A stretch of DNA of 63,400 nucleotides, filler included. It is 5 parts of 5 records of this genome, joined end to end, with 100 filler letters (N's around TTAATTAATTAA, not from the genome) between each part and the next. Parts side by side here need not be neighbours in the genome. Positions count along the whole stretch, not along the records: positions 1 to 23,233 come from SRR31156797_2382; positions 23,334 to 34,086 come from SRR31156797_2386; 3 more parts are not named here. The stretch is one strand, 5' to 3'. Below the pieces are notes generated by a model. It searched no databases and was not told the origin of the DNA. It was given only the letters and a program-made list of their open reading frames with translations. The position numbers and the translations under genes are program-made. This document shows positions 20,422-31,072 of this stretch, one piece after another (the stretch's first letter is position 1; every line of letters begins with the position of its first letter).

Positions 20422-21945
20422 ATGGATAAATTATTATTAGGTATTGATCTCGGTACTTCGGGATGTAAACTTACTTTCTTTAATTTAGAGGGAGAAGTTG
20501 TAGCAAGTAAAACAGCTGAGTACTCTACTTTTTATGGAGAAAATAATGTTGTTGAACATGATGCAGATGACTGGTGGAGTGTTGTCTGTAAGAGCATTAA
20601 TGAGATGCTTGTAGAAAAAAATATTAATAATGAAAATGTAGCAGGAATAGGTATAGACGGACTTAGTTGGACATGTTTACCTGTTGATATTAATGGTAAT
20701 CCACTTCGTAAGGCAATGATTTGGCTGGACAGAAGAGCTAAAGAAGAAACAGAGTGGATGAGAGAAACCTGCGGTGAGCGAAATCTCATTAAATTAAGTG
20801 GTAATCCGGTTGATGCATCATATATTGCACCGAAAATTCTGTGGATGCAGAAAAATGAACCGGAATTATATGAAAAAACACATAAATTCCTACAGAGTAA
20901 TGCTTATATCGTATTAAAACTAACTGGTGAGTTTACTCAGGATTATTCGCAGGCATATGGTTTTCATTTCTTTGATATGATCAATGGAAAATATGATGAA
21001 AAAATTGCGAAACAATTAAATATTCCGCTTGAGAAGATAGCACCACTTAAGCAATGTCATGAAATTGTCGGTAAAGTAACAGAAAAAGCAGCTCAACTTA
21101 CAGGCTTAAAAGTTGGAACACCTGTAGTTGCAGGAGGATTGGATGCAGCATGCTGTACTTTGGGAGCCGGAGTAATCAATCCCGGTGAAACTCAGGAACA
21201 AGGTGGACAGGCCGGTGGAATGAGCATTGCACTGGATAGACCGCTAATTCATCCGAAACTTATACTTGGTTATCATGTTCTTCCGGACATGTGGCTACTT
21301 CAGGGGGGAACTGTGGGAGGAGCCGGTACACTTAACTGGTTCAACAGACATTTTGGTGAAGCGGAGCAGATGCTGGGTAGAAAAGAAAATATGAGCCCGT
21401 TTGAAGTAATGAGTGACGAAGCATCAGAAATTAATGAAGGAAGTAATGGTTTACTATTCCTGCCGTATATGGCTGGTGAAAGATCACCTATCTGGGATAG
21501 TGATGCAAGAGGAGTATTCTTCGGACTTGATTATAAAAAGAGCAGAAAACATGTAATAAGAAGTATCATGGAAGGTGTCGGGTACTCTCTTCAGCACAAT
21601 TTACACACAGCAGAAGAAGTAGGAGCCTATGTTGACAAATTAGTAAGTGTGGGAGGCAGCTCCAACAGTGAAGTTTGGACACAGATAAAAGCTGATATTA
21701 CAGGAAAAACAATAGATGTACCAAACTCTGATTATGCAACAACACTGGGTGCAGCTATTCTAGCAGGTATTGGTGTAGGAGTATATGACAGCTTCGAAGA
21801 TGCTGTTAAGAAAACAGTTAAAGTAAAGAGAAGGCATACACCAAATGATCTAAATACTAAGAAATACTCGGGGTATTATGACATCTATTTAGAGCTTTAC
21901 GGAAATCTAAAAAGTTCATTTAAAAGATTAAGTACTATGGGATAG
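20422..21945 (+). CDS. FGGY-family carbohydrate kinase (xylulokinase-like)
   Basis: GIDLGTSGCK, WLDRRA, FLPYMAGERSPIWD..ARG, GGSSNS..W.QI.ADI.G. Confidence 0.92.
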   Translation: MDKLLLGIDLGTSGCKLTFFNLEGEVVASKTAEYSTFYGENNVVEHDADDWWSVVCKSINEMLVEKNINNENVAGIGIDGLSWTCLPVDINGNPLRKAMIWLDRRAKEETEWMRETCGERNLIKLSGNPVDASYIAPKILWMQKNEPELYEKTHKFLQSNAYIVLKLTGEFTQDYSQAYGFHFFDMINGKYDEKIAKQLNIPLEKIAPLKQCHEIVGKVTEKAAQLTGLKVGTPVVAGGLDAACCTLGAGVINPGETQEQGGQAGGMSIALDRPLIHPKLILGYHVLPDMWLLQGGTVGGAGTLNWFNRHFGEAEQMLGRKENMSPFEVMSDEASEINEGSNGLLFLPYMAGERSPIWDSDARGVFFGLDYKKSRKHVIRSIMEGVGYSLQHNLHTAEEVGAYVDKLVSVGGSSNSEVWTQIKADITGKTIDVPNSDYATTLGAAILAGIGVGVYDSFEDAVKKTVKVKRRHTPNDLNTKKYSGYYDIYLELYGNLKSSFKRLSTMG

Positions 21946-21974
21946 TTATTATTGGGAATTATTTTTTTTAAGCA

Positions 21975-21996
21975 CAAAGCTAAACGTTTAGCTTTG
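21975..21996. promoter_or_regulatory. LacI-family operator
   Basis: CAAAGCTAAACGTTTAGCTTTG, identical to 3269-3290. Confidence 0.8.
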
Positions 21997-22033
21997 AAGA
22001 TAATAAACTTTAAATTAAGATGAGGTGGAATTA

Positions 22034-23068
22034 ATGAGTAATATATTTAAATTAGCAACAGATGCAATAGATGTAAACTTAGTACCAAAAAGAAAATTAT
22101 ATACAGGAGATGAGATTCCTGCAGTTGGGCTTGGAACATTCGGTTCAGACAGATTTACACATGATGAAGTAGCAGATGCAGTAGAGGAAGCAATCTCGAT
22201 CGGTTACAGACATATTGACTGTGCTTCTGTTTATAGTAATGAGAAGCACATTGGTGAGAAATTAGCGAAAGTTATAGATAGTGGAGAAGTAACAAGAGAA
22301 GAGTTATGGGTTACATCAAAGGTTTGGAATGATATGCATGGAGAGGGGCAAGTAATAGAGTCGTGCAAGCAGTCTTTAGCTGATCTTAAACTTGACTATC
22401 TTGACCTTTACTTAGTTCACTGGCCATTCCCGAATTTCCATGCACCAGGTTGTACGGTAGATTCTAGATCACCAGATGCAAAACCCTATATTCATGAGAA
22501 TTTCATGAAAGTATGGAGACAGATGGAGCAATTAGTTGAGATGGGATTAGTTAAAAACATAGGAACATCAAATGTAACTATTCCTAAGATGAAGTTAATT
22601 TTAAAAGATGCAAAGATTAAACCAGCTGTAAATGAGATGGAACTTCATCCGCATTTCCAACAACCAGAGTTATATGATTTTATGAGAGAAAATGAAATTC
22701 AACCAATAGGTTTCTGTCCTATCGGTTCTCCTACGAGACCTGACAGGGATAAAACAGAAAATGATACTGTTGATATTGAAGATCCTGTAGTTCTTAAAAT
22801 AGCAGAAAGATTAAAAGTACATCCGGCAGTTGTTTGTATCAAATGGGCAGCTCAGAGAGGGCAAATTCCAATTCCTTTCTCAGTAAGAAGAAATGAGTTT
22901 ATGAGTAATCTAAAATGTGTTACTGAAAATTTATTAACAGATGCTGAGATGGCAGAATTATCAGAGATAGATAAAAATTGTAGATTGATCAAAGGTGATG
23001 TATTCCTTTGGCAAGATTCAAAAGGTTGGGAAGATCTTTGGGATTTAGATGGAAGCATAGCTAAGTAG
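22034..23068 (+). CDS. Aldo/keto reductase
   Basis: GLGT, GYRHIDCASVY, TSKVW, LDYLDLYLVHWP, IGTSN. Confidence 0.92.
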   Translation: MSNIFKLATDAIDVNLVPKRKLYTGDEIPAVGLGTFGSDRFTHDEVADAVEEAISIGYRHIDCASVYSNEKHIGEKLAKVIDSGEVTREELWVTSKVWNDMHGEGQVIESCKQSLADLKLDYLDLYLVHWPFPNFHAPGCTVDSRSPDAKPYIHENFMKVWRQMEQLVEMGLVKNIGTSNVTIPKMKLILKDAKIKPAVNEMELHPHFQQPELYDFMRENEIQPIGFCPIGSPTRPDRDKTENDTVDIEDPVVLKIAERLKVHPAVVCIKWAAQRGQIPIPFSVRRNEFMSNLKCVTENLLTDAEMAELSEIDKNCRLIKGDVFLWQDSKGWEDLWDLDGSIAK

Positions 23069-23086
23069 TAGTCTAAAATCAAAGTC

Positions 23087-23227
23087 GCAACCTGCGCGGT
23101 TGCATTGGCAAGCCTTACGCTTGACCGTTGAAATGAAATCAATAAGTTTGTGGTTAATTTTATATTTAATCGCGATTGAGTTTAATTAGTTTTAAGAACG
23201 ATTGAACGTAAGGTTCGCGCAGTTTGC
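23087..23227. repeat. Imperfect long inverted repeat at contig end (REP/MITE-like)
   Basis: 23087-23097 pairs with 23217-23227 (10/11); 23113-23129 pairs with 23197-23213 (13/17). Confidence 0.5.
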
Positions 23228-23233
23228 CGCGTA

Positions 23234-23333
23234 NNNNNNNNNNNNNNNNNNNNNNNNNNNNNNNNNNNNNNNNNNNNTTAATTAATTAANNNNNNNNNNN
23301 NNNNNNNNNNNNNNNNNNNNNNNNNNNNNNNNN
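23234..23333. other. Artificial contig linker
   Basis: 44 N + TTAATTAATTAA (six-frame stop) + 44 N. Confidence 0.99.
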
Positions 23334-25016
23334 TTGGAATGCAATTTGGTCAATTACAGTAATAGACTCTGCAATTGCTGTTGTTTGTTCGTTGATTTCA
23401 TTCATAGACTCAACTGTCAACTTAGCTAAATTTTGTCCATTTGCAATTGACTCAGTTAAGTTATTTGAATAACTTGCCATTTGTGAAATATTTTGTGTAG
23501 TTTCAATTATTGTAGAAGTAATCTCTTCTAAAGAAGCTGATGTTTCTTCTAGTGAAGCAGCTGTTTCATTTGAAGATTTATTTAACACATTTACATTTTC
23601 TAACAGTTGTTTGGCATTGTTTTCTAAAGTTTGCCCTAGTTTATAGTTTTCTTGTAACATTTCATTGATAATGTCACATAAACCATTTAAACCTTTTGAT
23701 ACTTTACCATTTGCATTTGGAATATTATTAACAAAGTTGAATTTAGAATATTCATCCAATGAAGATAGAATAGTATTTATATCACTATTTACATTTTCAT
23801 TAATAGTTTTAATCATATCATTTAAAATATCTCTTAATTCATTTAAAGATTTGTTAGATGATTTTTTCTCTACTTTTACATCTAATTTTCCATCTTTTAT
23901 TTTATTAACTGTACTTTTTACATCTTCGATTAAACTTCTATCTTTGTCGATGTTAATTTTAACACTTTCAATCTCTGCATCAATTTTTTTGGCCATATTT
24001 CCGAACTCATCGTTTGTATTTATGTTTAACATTGATACACTGTTTGTTTCACCTTTTAAGTACTCAAAGAATCCATTAAGTCCATCTTCTAAAGTTTTTA
24101 GTGGATTTAAAAGTCTTCTAAGTAAGAAGTAAATTAAAGCAAGAATTATTACTAATAGAACTAAATATAAAACAATCTCTGTATAAATATCTTTTTTGAT
24201 ATCTTTAAAAATTGAATCTTTTTCTATCTCAACAACTAGATACCAAGACGAAAAGGGAACTTGACTATAACTAACTAATTTTTCAACTCCTTGGTCTTCA
24301 GTATCAGAAAACTTATCTTTTTCATCGCTTTTGATTTTTGCAAAAAGTTTGCTTGGTTTTTTTAGAAGTTCTTTTTCTTTATGAATTAAATATTTTCCAT
24401 CCTCTGATAAGAGGTAAGCTAAACCTGTTTCACCAATTTTAAGATTTAATATCTCATTTACAACAGTATCTAAGAATATATTTGCTCCAACAACACCAAT
24501 TAACTTCCCATCAATTTTATATGGTGCAAAAACAGTAATAACTAATCTTTTTGTAGTATTATCAACAAAAGGTTCAGTTACACCTTTTCCATCAATTTTT
24601 TTTGATTTTTTATACCAAGGTCTTAATCTTGCATCGTAATTCATAGTAGCAATACTTTTTAAACTACCATCAAATTTGATTAAATCCCCACTATCTTCTA
24701 AACCTAAATACATACTTGCAAAATTACCCGACTTTTTTCCAAGCATTAATTGGTCAATCAAAACCTTATTTTCAACAGTAAGATTTTCATTTTTTATCAT
24801 CTCTACAACAGATGAAACAACTTGAATCTTTGATTCCAAATAATCATTGATAAATTTAGAAGTCTGTTTTGCCAATGTCAACTTATCATGTTTTACTAAG
24901 TTATACTCAGACTCAAATTTATTTGAAGTATTATAGAAACCAAGAATCAAAAATGAGCATGAGATACTAATAAGCAAAAGTATCAACAATTTTGATTTTA
25001 TGCTAGACAACTTCAT
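23334..25016 (-). CDS. Methyl-accepting chemotaxis protein (dCache, HAMP), 3'-truncated by contig end
   Basis: YDARLRPWY Cache motif; SLEETSASLEEI...IDQIAFQ signalling domain. Confidence 0.92.
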
Positions 25017-25057
25017 CTTTTTCCCTTTTTTTAGATTATTTAATAATACTATAGAAA

Positions 25058-25077
25058 TATGTCATTAGGATGACATA
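25058..25077. promoter_or_regulatory. Palindromic putative transcription-factor site upstream of the MCP gene
   Basis: TATGTCAT-tagg-ATGACATA. Confidence 0.45.
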
Positions 25078-25117
25078 ACTATAAATATTGTACACAAAAT
25101 TTATTTATTTGTAACTT

Positions 25118-27877
25118 CTAAAGAAAAAAGGTAAGTAAAAATACTGCACCTTTAAATTCTGCATCATTATATATAAACCTTTCATTGTAAGCTTCAATTG
25201 TACCCGTGTGCCTTTCTCTTATAATCTTATCACACATCGATAAACCAAGTCCAGTTCCTATAGACTGATGTTTTGTAGTAAAATATGGTTCAAATATTTT
25301 ACTAATAACTTTTTCATCTATTCCCCCTCCATTATCTAGAAATTTAACTTGTAATGCATTTTCCGAAATTTTCTTTGTAGATATAAAAAGATATCTATTA
25401 TTTTCATTTTGGTTAATCTCTTTTAATTTATCTTTTGCATTATTAATTATATTGATAAAAACTTGTCCCAATTCACTTTTATTTCCATCTATAATTAAAT
25501 CATCTTCAATATTTATAATACATTGAATATGATTACTAGTAATTGTAGCTTTTGTTAAGCTAAATGAGTTTTCCAATGCTTCTTTTATACTTATAGTTGA
25601 ATGATGCATATCTGACTTAATAAAGTTTCTAAAATCATCTATTGTTTTAGATAAATATTCTGCTTGGTTAATTATTTGATTAGAAAATTCAAAAATATCT
25701 TCTTTTTTTACATTTTCTTCTAAATCAGCTTTTAATGATAAACCAGAAGCACTTGTTGTCATAATACTTAAAGGTTGTCGCCATTGATGTGCAATATTTC
25801 CTATCATTTCCCCCATAGAAGCCAGTTTTGATTGGGATTCTAAAAGTTTCATTGATGTTAAATCTTTTGCAGTTAGAAGTAATCTATTTTCATCTGGCAT
25901 TAGAGAAATTGACATATTTATAAAAATTCTTCTTGAATCTTTTCCTAAACATACTTTCTCAAAGTTATCAACATAACTTTTTTTATGAATATTTTCAATC
26001 ACATATTTAGTATCTTCTTTATCTTCTGAAACTATTATATCTATCAGATTTTTTGATAAAAGTTCCTCTTTTTTATAATCTAAAATTTTTAAATATGCAT
26101 CATTGAAATCAATAAAATCTGCATTTAAATTTAGTATTGCAATACCATCTTTGCTGTATCTAAATATTGCCTCAAACTCCTCTTTTTGTTTGATAAGTTC
26201 TTTTTGTGAATTATAAAGTTTTTCATTTACAAGTTTTATTTCTGTATTAGTTTTTTTCAAAACTCGATATCTCCAAACTCCTAAAGAAAGAAATATAAAA
26301 ATAGCTGCAAAAACTTTATATATAAAACTATAATCAACTACTTTATGAATTTTAACATCTGTCCAGTTTCGTAAAAGAGTATCAAGTTTTGATTGGGGAA
26401 TATTATTAATAAATTTATTCATAATTGAAAGAAGTTCAGGTTCATCCTTTCTAGTTCCTATTGATATTTTTAGAGGCTCAATAATTCTACCTATAATTTT
26501 TAAATCAGAATTTTTTCCTTTTGATAAATAATACCTAGCAATAGGATAAAGCGATAAATGTATATAAACCTCTGACTTCTTTACTAAATCTAAACCTTCA
26601 TTTATATTTGTAGTGATTATAAACTCTATTGAAGGATGTTCTTTTTTTAATTTTTCTACCAATAATGTATCTGAGATAATAGATATTTTTTTCCCATCTA
26701 ACTCAGATAATTCAGAAAAGAATTTTTTATCACTTTTTCCTATAGCAACATAGGGAATACTCAAATAGGGTTGAGTAAAATTGAAATATTTTTTATCTTC
26801 TCTATATTCCAATGTAGGTATGAGATCACAAGTTTTATTTTTTAGTGCATATATAGAATCTTTTAATGTACTTTTTTTAATTAGATTTATATTTATGTCT
26901 ACTTTAGTCTTCAATTCATCAATTAAATCTAAAACAATTCCTTGTGGCTTGGAGTCTTGCATATCACTTAAAGGCATTAAATCAGGTAAAATACATACAT
27001 TTATAGTATCCTTATTTTTTAAATATTCTTGTTCTTTAATGCTTAAAAAAGATTTCCCAACACTTCCAAACCAATTTTCTTGTAACTTGTTTAAAGTATC
27101 TATATCAGTATATATGTATGATTTATTTAATATTGATATCAATATCGATTGTTCTTTTAATGTAGCAAAATAATAACTATCTAACTCTCCGTTTTTTATT
27201 TCTAAAACATTATTTGATATTTTTAAATTAGTAAAACCATATTTTTTAATATAATAGTTTGCTATATTTTTATCATTCATAATAGCATCGACTTTTCCAG
27301 AAGACAAAGCTTCAAGCTTTTTCTTTAAATCATTGAAATAAAGTTTTTGTATCTTTGGATACCTACTAACAATAGAGTCCTCTATCCAACCTTTACTAAC
27401 TGCTATTTTTTTACCCTCTAATTGTTTTAAACGACTTATATCTGCATCTTCTTTTCTAAGAATAAAAGAATTGTTTCCAATAAGGTAAGCTTGAGAAAAA
27501 TACATACTTTTTTCTCTGGCATCACTTTTATAAATAGTATGCATTAAATCAATTTTACCAATAGAGATATTTTTTAATAATTCAACCCAACTTTGTGTTA
27601 TATAATTAACTTTTAATCCTGCTTTTTTTGATAGAATATTAATCAAATCAATAGAATAACCTACTGGAATTCCATTTATATTAAAATCCATTGGTTCATA
27701 ATCAAATTCATTTGATACATTAATTACTTTTTTAGATTTTATATAAGAGATTTCTTCTTGTGTCAAATATTTTTTTAGATTTGGATCAATTTTTAAATTA
27801 GTGCTATTCGCACTTAAAGAAGAAAAATAAACTAATAAAAATAAAATAATTAATCTATTCAAAATCAATCCAATCAA
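25118..27877 (-). CDS. Sensor histidine kinase with two SBP_bac_3 periplasmic domains and PAS
   Basis: Tandem binding-protein domains, TM helix, PAS, MGEMIGNIAHQWRQPL H-box, DNGGG, FEPYFTTK, GTGLGL. Confidence 0.9.
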   Translation of the reverse strand: MIGLILNRLIILFLLVYFSSLSANSTNLKIDPNLKKYLTQEEISYIKSKKVINVSNEFDYEPMDFNINGIPVGYSIDLINILSKKAGLKVNYITQSWVELLKNISIGKIDLMHTIYKSDAREKSMYFSQAYLIGNNSFILRKEDADISRLKQLEGKKIAVSKGWIEDSIVSRYPKIQKLYFNDLKKKLEALSSGKVDAIMNDKNIANYYIKKYGFTNLKISNNVLEIKNGELDSYYFATLKEQSILISILNKSYIYTDIDTLNKLQENWFGSVGKSFLSIKEQEYLKNKDTINVCILPDLMPLSDMQDSKPQGIVLDLIDELKTKVDININLIKKSTLKDSIYALKNKTCDLIPTLEYREDKKYFNFTQPYLSIPYVAIGKSDKKFFSELSELDGKKISIISDTLLVEKLKKEHPSIEFIITTNINEGLDLVKKSEVYIHLSLYPIARYYLSKGKNSDLKIIGRIIEPLKISIGTRKDEPELLSIMNKFINNIPQSKLDTLLRNWTDVKIHKVVDYSFIYKVFAAIFIFLSLGVWRYRVLKKTNTEIKLVNEKLYNSQKELIKQKEEFEAIFRYSKDGIAILNLNADFIDFNDAYLKILDYKKEELLSKNLIDIIVSEDKEDTKYVIENIHKKSYVDNFEKVCLGKDSRRIFINMSISLMPDENRLLLTAKDLTSMKLLESQSKLASMGEMIGNIAHQWRQPLSIMTTSASGLSLKADLEENVKKEDIFEFSNQIINQAEYLSKTIDDFRNFIKSDMHHSTISIKEALENSFSLTKATITSNHIQCIINIEDDLIIDGNKSELGQVFINIINNAKDKLKEINQNENNRYLFISTKKISENALQVKFLDNGGGIDEKVISKIFEPYFTTKHQSIGTGLGLSMCDKIIRERHTGTIEAYNERFIYNDAEFKGAVFLLTFFL

Positions 27878-28063
27878 ACTTATTTAATGTATATTTCAAC
27901 AAATTATAATATCCTACTATAGAACACTTAATCTAAATATTAAAGTTTAAAGTTAATCTAAAATAAAATAATCTTTTTATTTATCTTTAAGGGAAATTAA
28001 TATCATTTGTAATCACAATAAAAGCTATATTTTAATAAAATTCAAAAAATTTAAGGCGATTTA

Positions 28064-28816
28064 ATGTTAGGATACAAAAAGATTGGTTCAGGTAAGAATA
28101 TTATAGTTTTTTTACATGAGCTTATGGGTGACCACAGAAACTATGAAAATATATATCCATATATTGATGAAGAAAACTACACATACATATTTGTTGATCA
28201 CAGAGGGTATGGATTATCAAAAGATATTACAGGTGAGTACTCTTGTAAAGAAGCATCAAATGATGTAAAAGAGTTAATAGACTATTTGGAATTTGATAGT
28301 TACTGTTTAGTTGGACACTCAATGTCTACTCTTATAGCACAAAAAATAGCTTTAATAGATAAAAGAGTTTCAAAACTTATACTTATCACACCCATTCCTG
28401 CTTTTGGAATAAAAATGAGTGAAAAATCAAAAGAGTTATTGTTAAATGAGATGTTAGAAGACAATAACAAAATAGAACAAATAGTAGAAGACTCTTCAAA
28501 AAGATATAACAACAGTTGGAAAAAATATAGAACTGAAATGGCTTATAGTTCATCTATATTAGAAGCAAGAGTTGGATATATGAATATGTACCTAAATACT
28601 AACTTTCAAGAAGAAGCACAAGAGGACATAAAAATACCTATAAAAATAATTGTAGGAAAATATGATTTCCCAGTATTTGCTTTTAATCAAGTTAATAAAA
28701 ACTTTTCACAATATAATGATGTAGAAATAATCGAATGTCAAGAGGCTGGTCATTATCCAATGATAGAGTGTCCAGTATACTTTGCATCAAAAGTTGAGAG
28801 CTTTTATCAAGAATAA
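28064..28816 (+). CDS. Alpha/beta fold hydrolase
   Basis: DHRGYGLS, GHSMS nucleophile elbow, AGHYPM. Confidence 0.85.
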   Translation: MLGYKKIGSGKNIIVFLHELMGDHRNYENIYPYIDEENYTYIFVDHRGYGLSKDITGEYSCKEASNDVKELIDYLEFDSYCLVGHSMSTLIAQKIALIDKRVSKLILITPIPAFGIKMSEKSKELLLNEMLEDNNKIEQIVEDSSKRYNNSWKKYRTEMAYSSSILEARVGYMNMYLNTNFQEEAQEDIKIPIKIIVGKYDFPVFAFNQVNKNFSQYNDVEIIECQEAGHYPMIECPVYFASKVESFYQE

Positions 28817-28934
28817 ATAAATACCAAAATATCATTATTTTCAAACAGTTTTATTTATTTCTTAGCTTTAAACTATGCTATTATAAGTACTAAGTGAATA
28901 TAATTCCAAAAATTTAAACTTAGGAATAAATAAC

Positions 28935-30080
28935 ATGACTAAACAACTTTTCCCCTTAGCATTAGGTGGATTAGGAATAGGAACAACTGAGTTTGTTATT
29001 ATGGGACTACTACCAGATATTGCAAATGATATTGGTGTAAACATACCAACAGCTGGACATCTTATTTCATCTTATGCCTTTGGAGTAGTAGTAGGAGCTC
29101 CTATTTTAGTAGCTCTTAGTGCAAAATTTCCACCAAAATATATTTTAATATCTTTAATGATTTTATTTACTATATTTAATTTCTTATCAACAATTTCACC
29201 AGATTATTATACACTTATGATATCTAGATTTTTAAGTGGTTTACCACATGGTGCTTTTTTTGGGGTTGGTACAGTAGTAGCTTCAAAACTAGCTAAAAAA
29301 GGTAAATCCGCACAAGCTATTGCTTCCATGTTTACAGGTTTAACCTTGGCAAATCTTGCAATGGTTCCTTTAGTTACTTTTATTGGTCACCATTTACATT
29401 GGAGATATGCTTTTGGTATTGTAAGTCTTATAGGAATATTAACAATCGCTTTTTTATATTATTGGTTGCCAAAGCAAAAACCATTAAGAACTGTTACATT
29501 TAAAGAGGAATTAAAGTTTTTTAAAACAATAAAAGCGTGGCATATATTAACTATTGTTTCTATTGGTTTTGGAGGTCTTTTTGCTTGGTTTAGTTACATT
29601 GCACCTTTATTAATCCATGTTTCAAACTTTGATGAATCAAGTGTATCTTACTTAATGGTTGTAGCTGGTGCAGGAATGGTTATAGGGAATATCTTTGGAG
29701 GATATTTAGCTGACAAAAAAGACCCTATGCTTGTATGTATACTTCTTTTATCATTGATGGTTTCAGCCTTAATATTAGTATTTTTATTTTCAGATAATAA
29801 AATTGTATCTGTAATATTAACTTTCATTTGTGGAGCATTAGCTATGTCTATTGGTTCTCCTATTAATATGATTATGTTAAAAAGTGCGAAACACTCTGAG
29901 ATGTTAGGGGCTGCATTTTTACAAGCTGCGTTCAATGTTTCTAACACTTTAGGAGCTTTCTTTGGAGGTATTCCATTAGTTTTAGGATTTAGCTATAATT
30001 CACCAGCATTAGTTGGGGCAGGAATGGCAACATTTGGTGTTGTATTATGTATTTTATTCTTTAGGAAATATAAGTTTTAA
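28935..30080 (+). CDS. MFS transporter, AraJ/DHA1-like
   Basis: GTTEFVIMGLLP, RFLSGLPHGAFFG; about 12 TM helices. Confidence 0.88.
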   Translation: MTKQLFPLALGGLGIGTTEFVIMGLLPDIANDIGVNIPTAGHLISSYAFGVVVGAPILVALSAKFPPKYILISLMILFTIFNFLSTISPDYYTLMISRFLSGLPHGAFFGVGTVVASKLAKKGKSAQAIASMFTGLTLANLAMVPLVTFIGHHLHWRYAFGIVSLIGILTIAFLYYWLPKQKPLRTVTFKEELKFFKTIKAWHILTIVSIGFGGLFAWFSYIAPLLIHVSNFDESSVSYLMVVAGAGMVIGNIFGGYLADKKDPMLVCILLLSLMVSALILVFLFSDNKIVSVILTFICGALAMSIGSPINMIMLKSAKHSEMLGAAFLQAAFNVSNTLGAFFGGIPLVLGFSYNSPALVGAGMATFGVVLCILFFRKYKF

Positions 30081-31072
30081 TGAAAATAAAAGTAGGAACT
30101 TTCAATCTTTTTCAATATTGTGCTCCACCTTTTTCTTGGTATATAAGAAAAGATAAATTCAACCAAGATGAGTGGGAAACAAAAAATCAATGGATAGAAG
30201 AAAAACTTCTAGAGATGAAATGTGATATCATAGGTTTTCAAGAGGTTTTCTCAATAGAAGAGTTAAAAAAACTTACTTCAGAACTTGGATATAAATATTT
30301 TGTATCAGTTGATTCTCCAAGAAAAAGAAATGGCAAAGATATTTATACATCAACTACTTTAGCATTAGCTTCAAAGTTTCCTATAAAAGAGATACAAAAA
30401 GTAAAACCCCATGGGAAAAGTATTTTAAAATACAATTTTAAAGGGCATTTTAGATTTTCTAGAATTCCTATAAAAGCAATTATTGAACTTCCTAACAATA
30501 TAGATATTGCTGTTTATGTAAACCATTTCAAATCAAACAGATTAAATGAATTTGAATATATTTTTAATAAAAACACACCATTAAAAGAGAAAATAGAAAC
30601 TATAAATAGTGCATTAGAAAAAGATTTTTCCCCTGCACTTAGACAAAGATTGTGTGAAACCTCATCTTTATATTATGATTTTAGAAAAACAAGACTTCCA
30701 ACTATTTGTTTATGTGATTTAAATGACAAACAATACTCTTTATCAATTGATGTTCTAACAAACAATGCTTATCATCAAAACTTAGAAAAAAACTTTTTCC
30801 ATCTTTTTGACGCTTATAATATTTGTGACCAAAAAGAATATAATCCTCATCCAGAAAAGAAACAACGAAGAACACCCACAAGTTACTATCAAAGTAAAGG
30901 CAATGTAATAGACTATATTTTTGTATCAAAAGAGTTTTATGAAAACTCACAAAAAAGTATTGCAAAGATTAGTTCTTATGAAGTTTTTGGCCAACACCTA
31001 AAAGACAATAAAGATGGTTCACTTTTACAAAGTGACCATGCTCCTGTAGCGTGTGAAATATCTTTTAAGTGA
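30080..31072 (+). CDS. Endonuclease/exonuclease/phosphatase-family protein
   Basis: GTFNL, GFQEV, HFKS, CDLN, IDYIF, SDHAPV. Confidence 0.85.
   Translation: MKIKVGTFNLFQYCAPPFSWYIRKDKFNQDEWETKNQWIEEKLLEMKCDIIGFQEVFSIEELKKLTSELGYKYFVSVDSPRKRNGKDIYTSTTLALASKFPIKEIQKVKPHGKSILKYNFKGHFRFSRIPIKAIIELPNNIDIAVYVNHFKSNRLNEFEYIFNKNTPLKEKIETINSALEKDFSPALRQRLCETSSLYYDFRKTRLPTICLCDLNDKQYSLSIDVLTNNAYHQNLEKNFFHLFDAYNICDQKEYNPHPEKKQRRTPTSYYQSKGNVIDYIFVSKEFYENSQKSIAKISSYEVFGQHLKDNKDGSLLQSDHAPVACEISFK

Noticed and set aside
23286-25016. ORFs ending in X runs (MCP, M16 peptidase, kinase at 50093) as pseudogenes
   Set aside because: Truncated by contig ends, not by mutation
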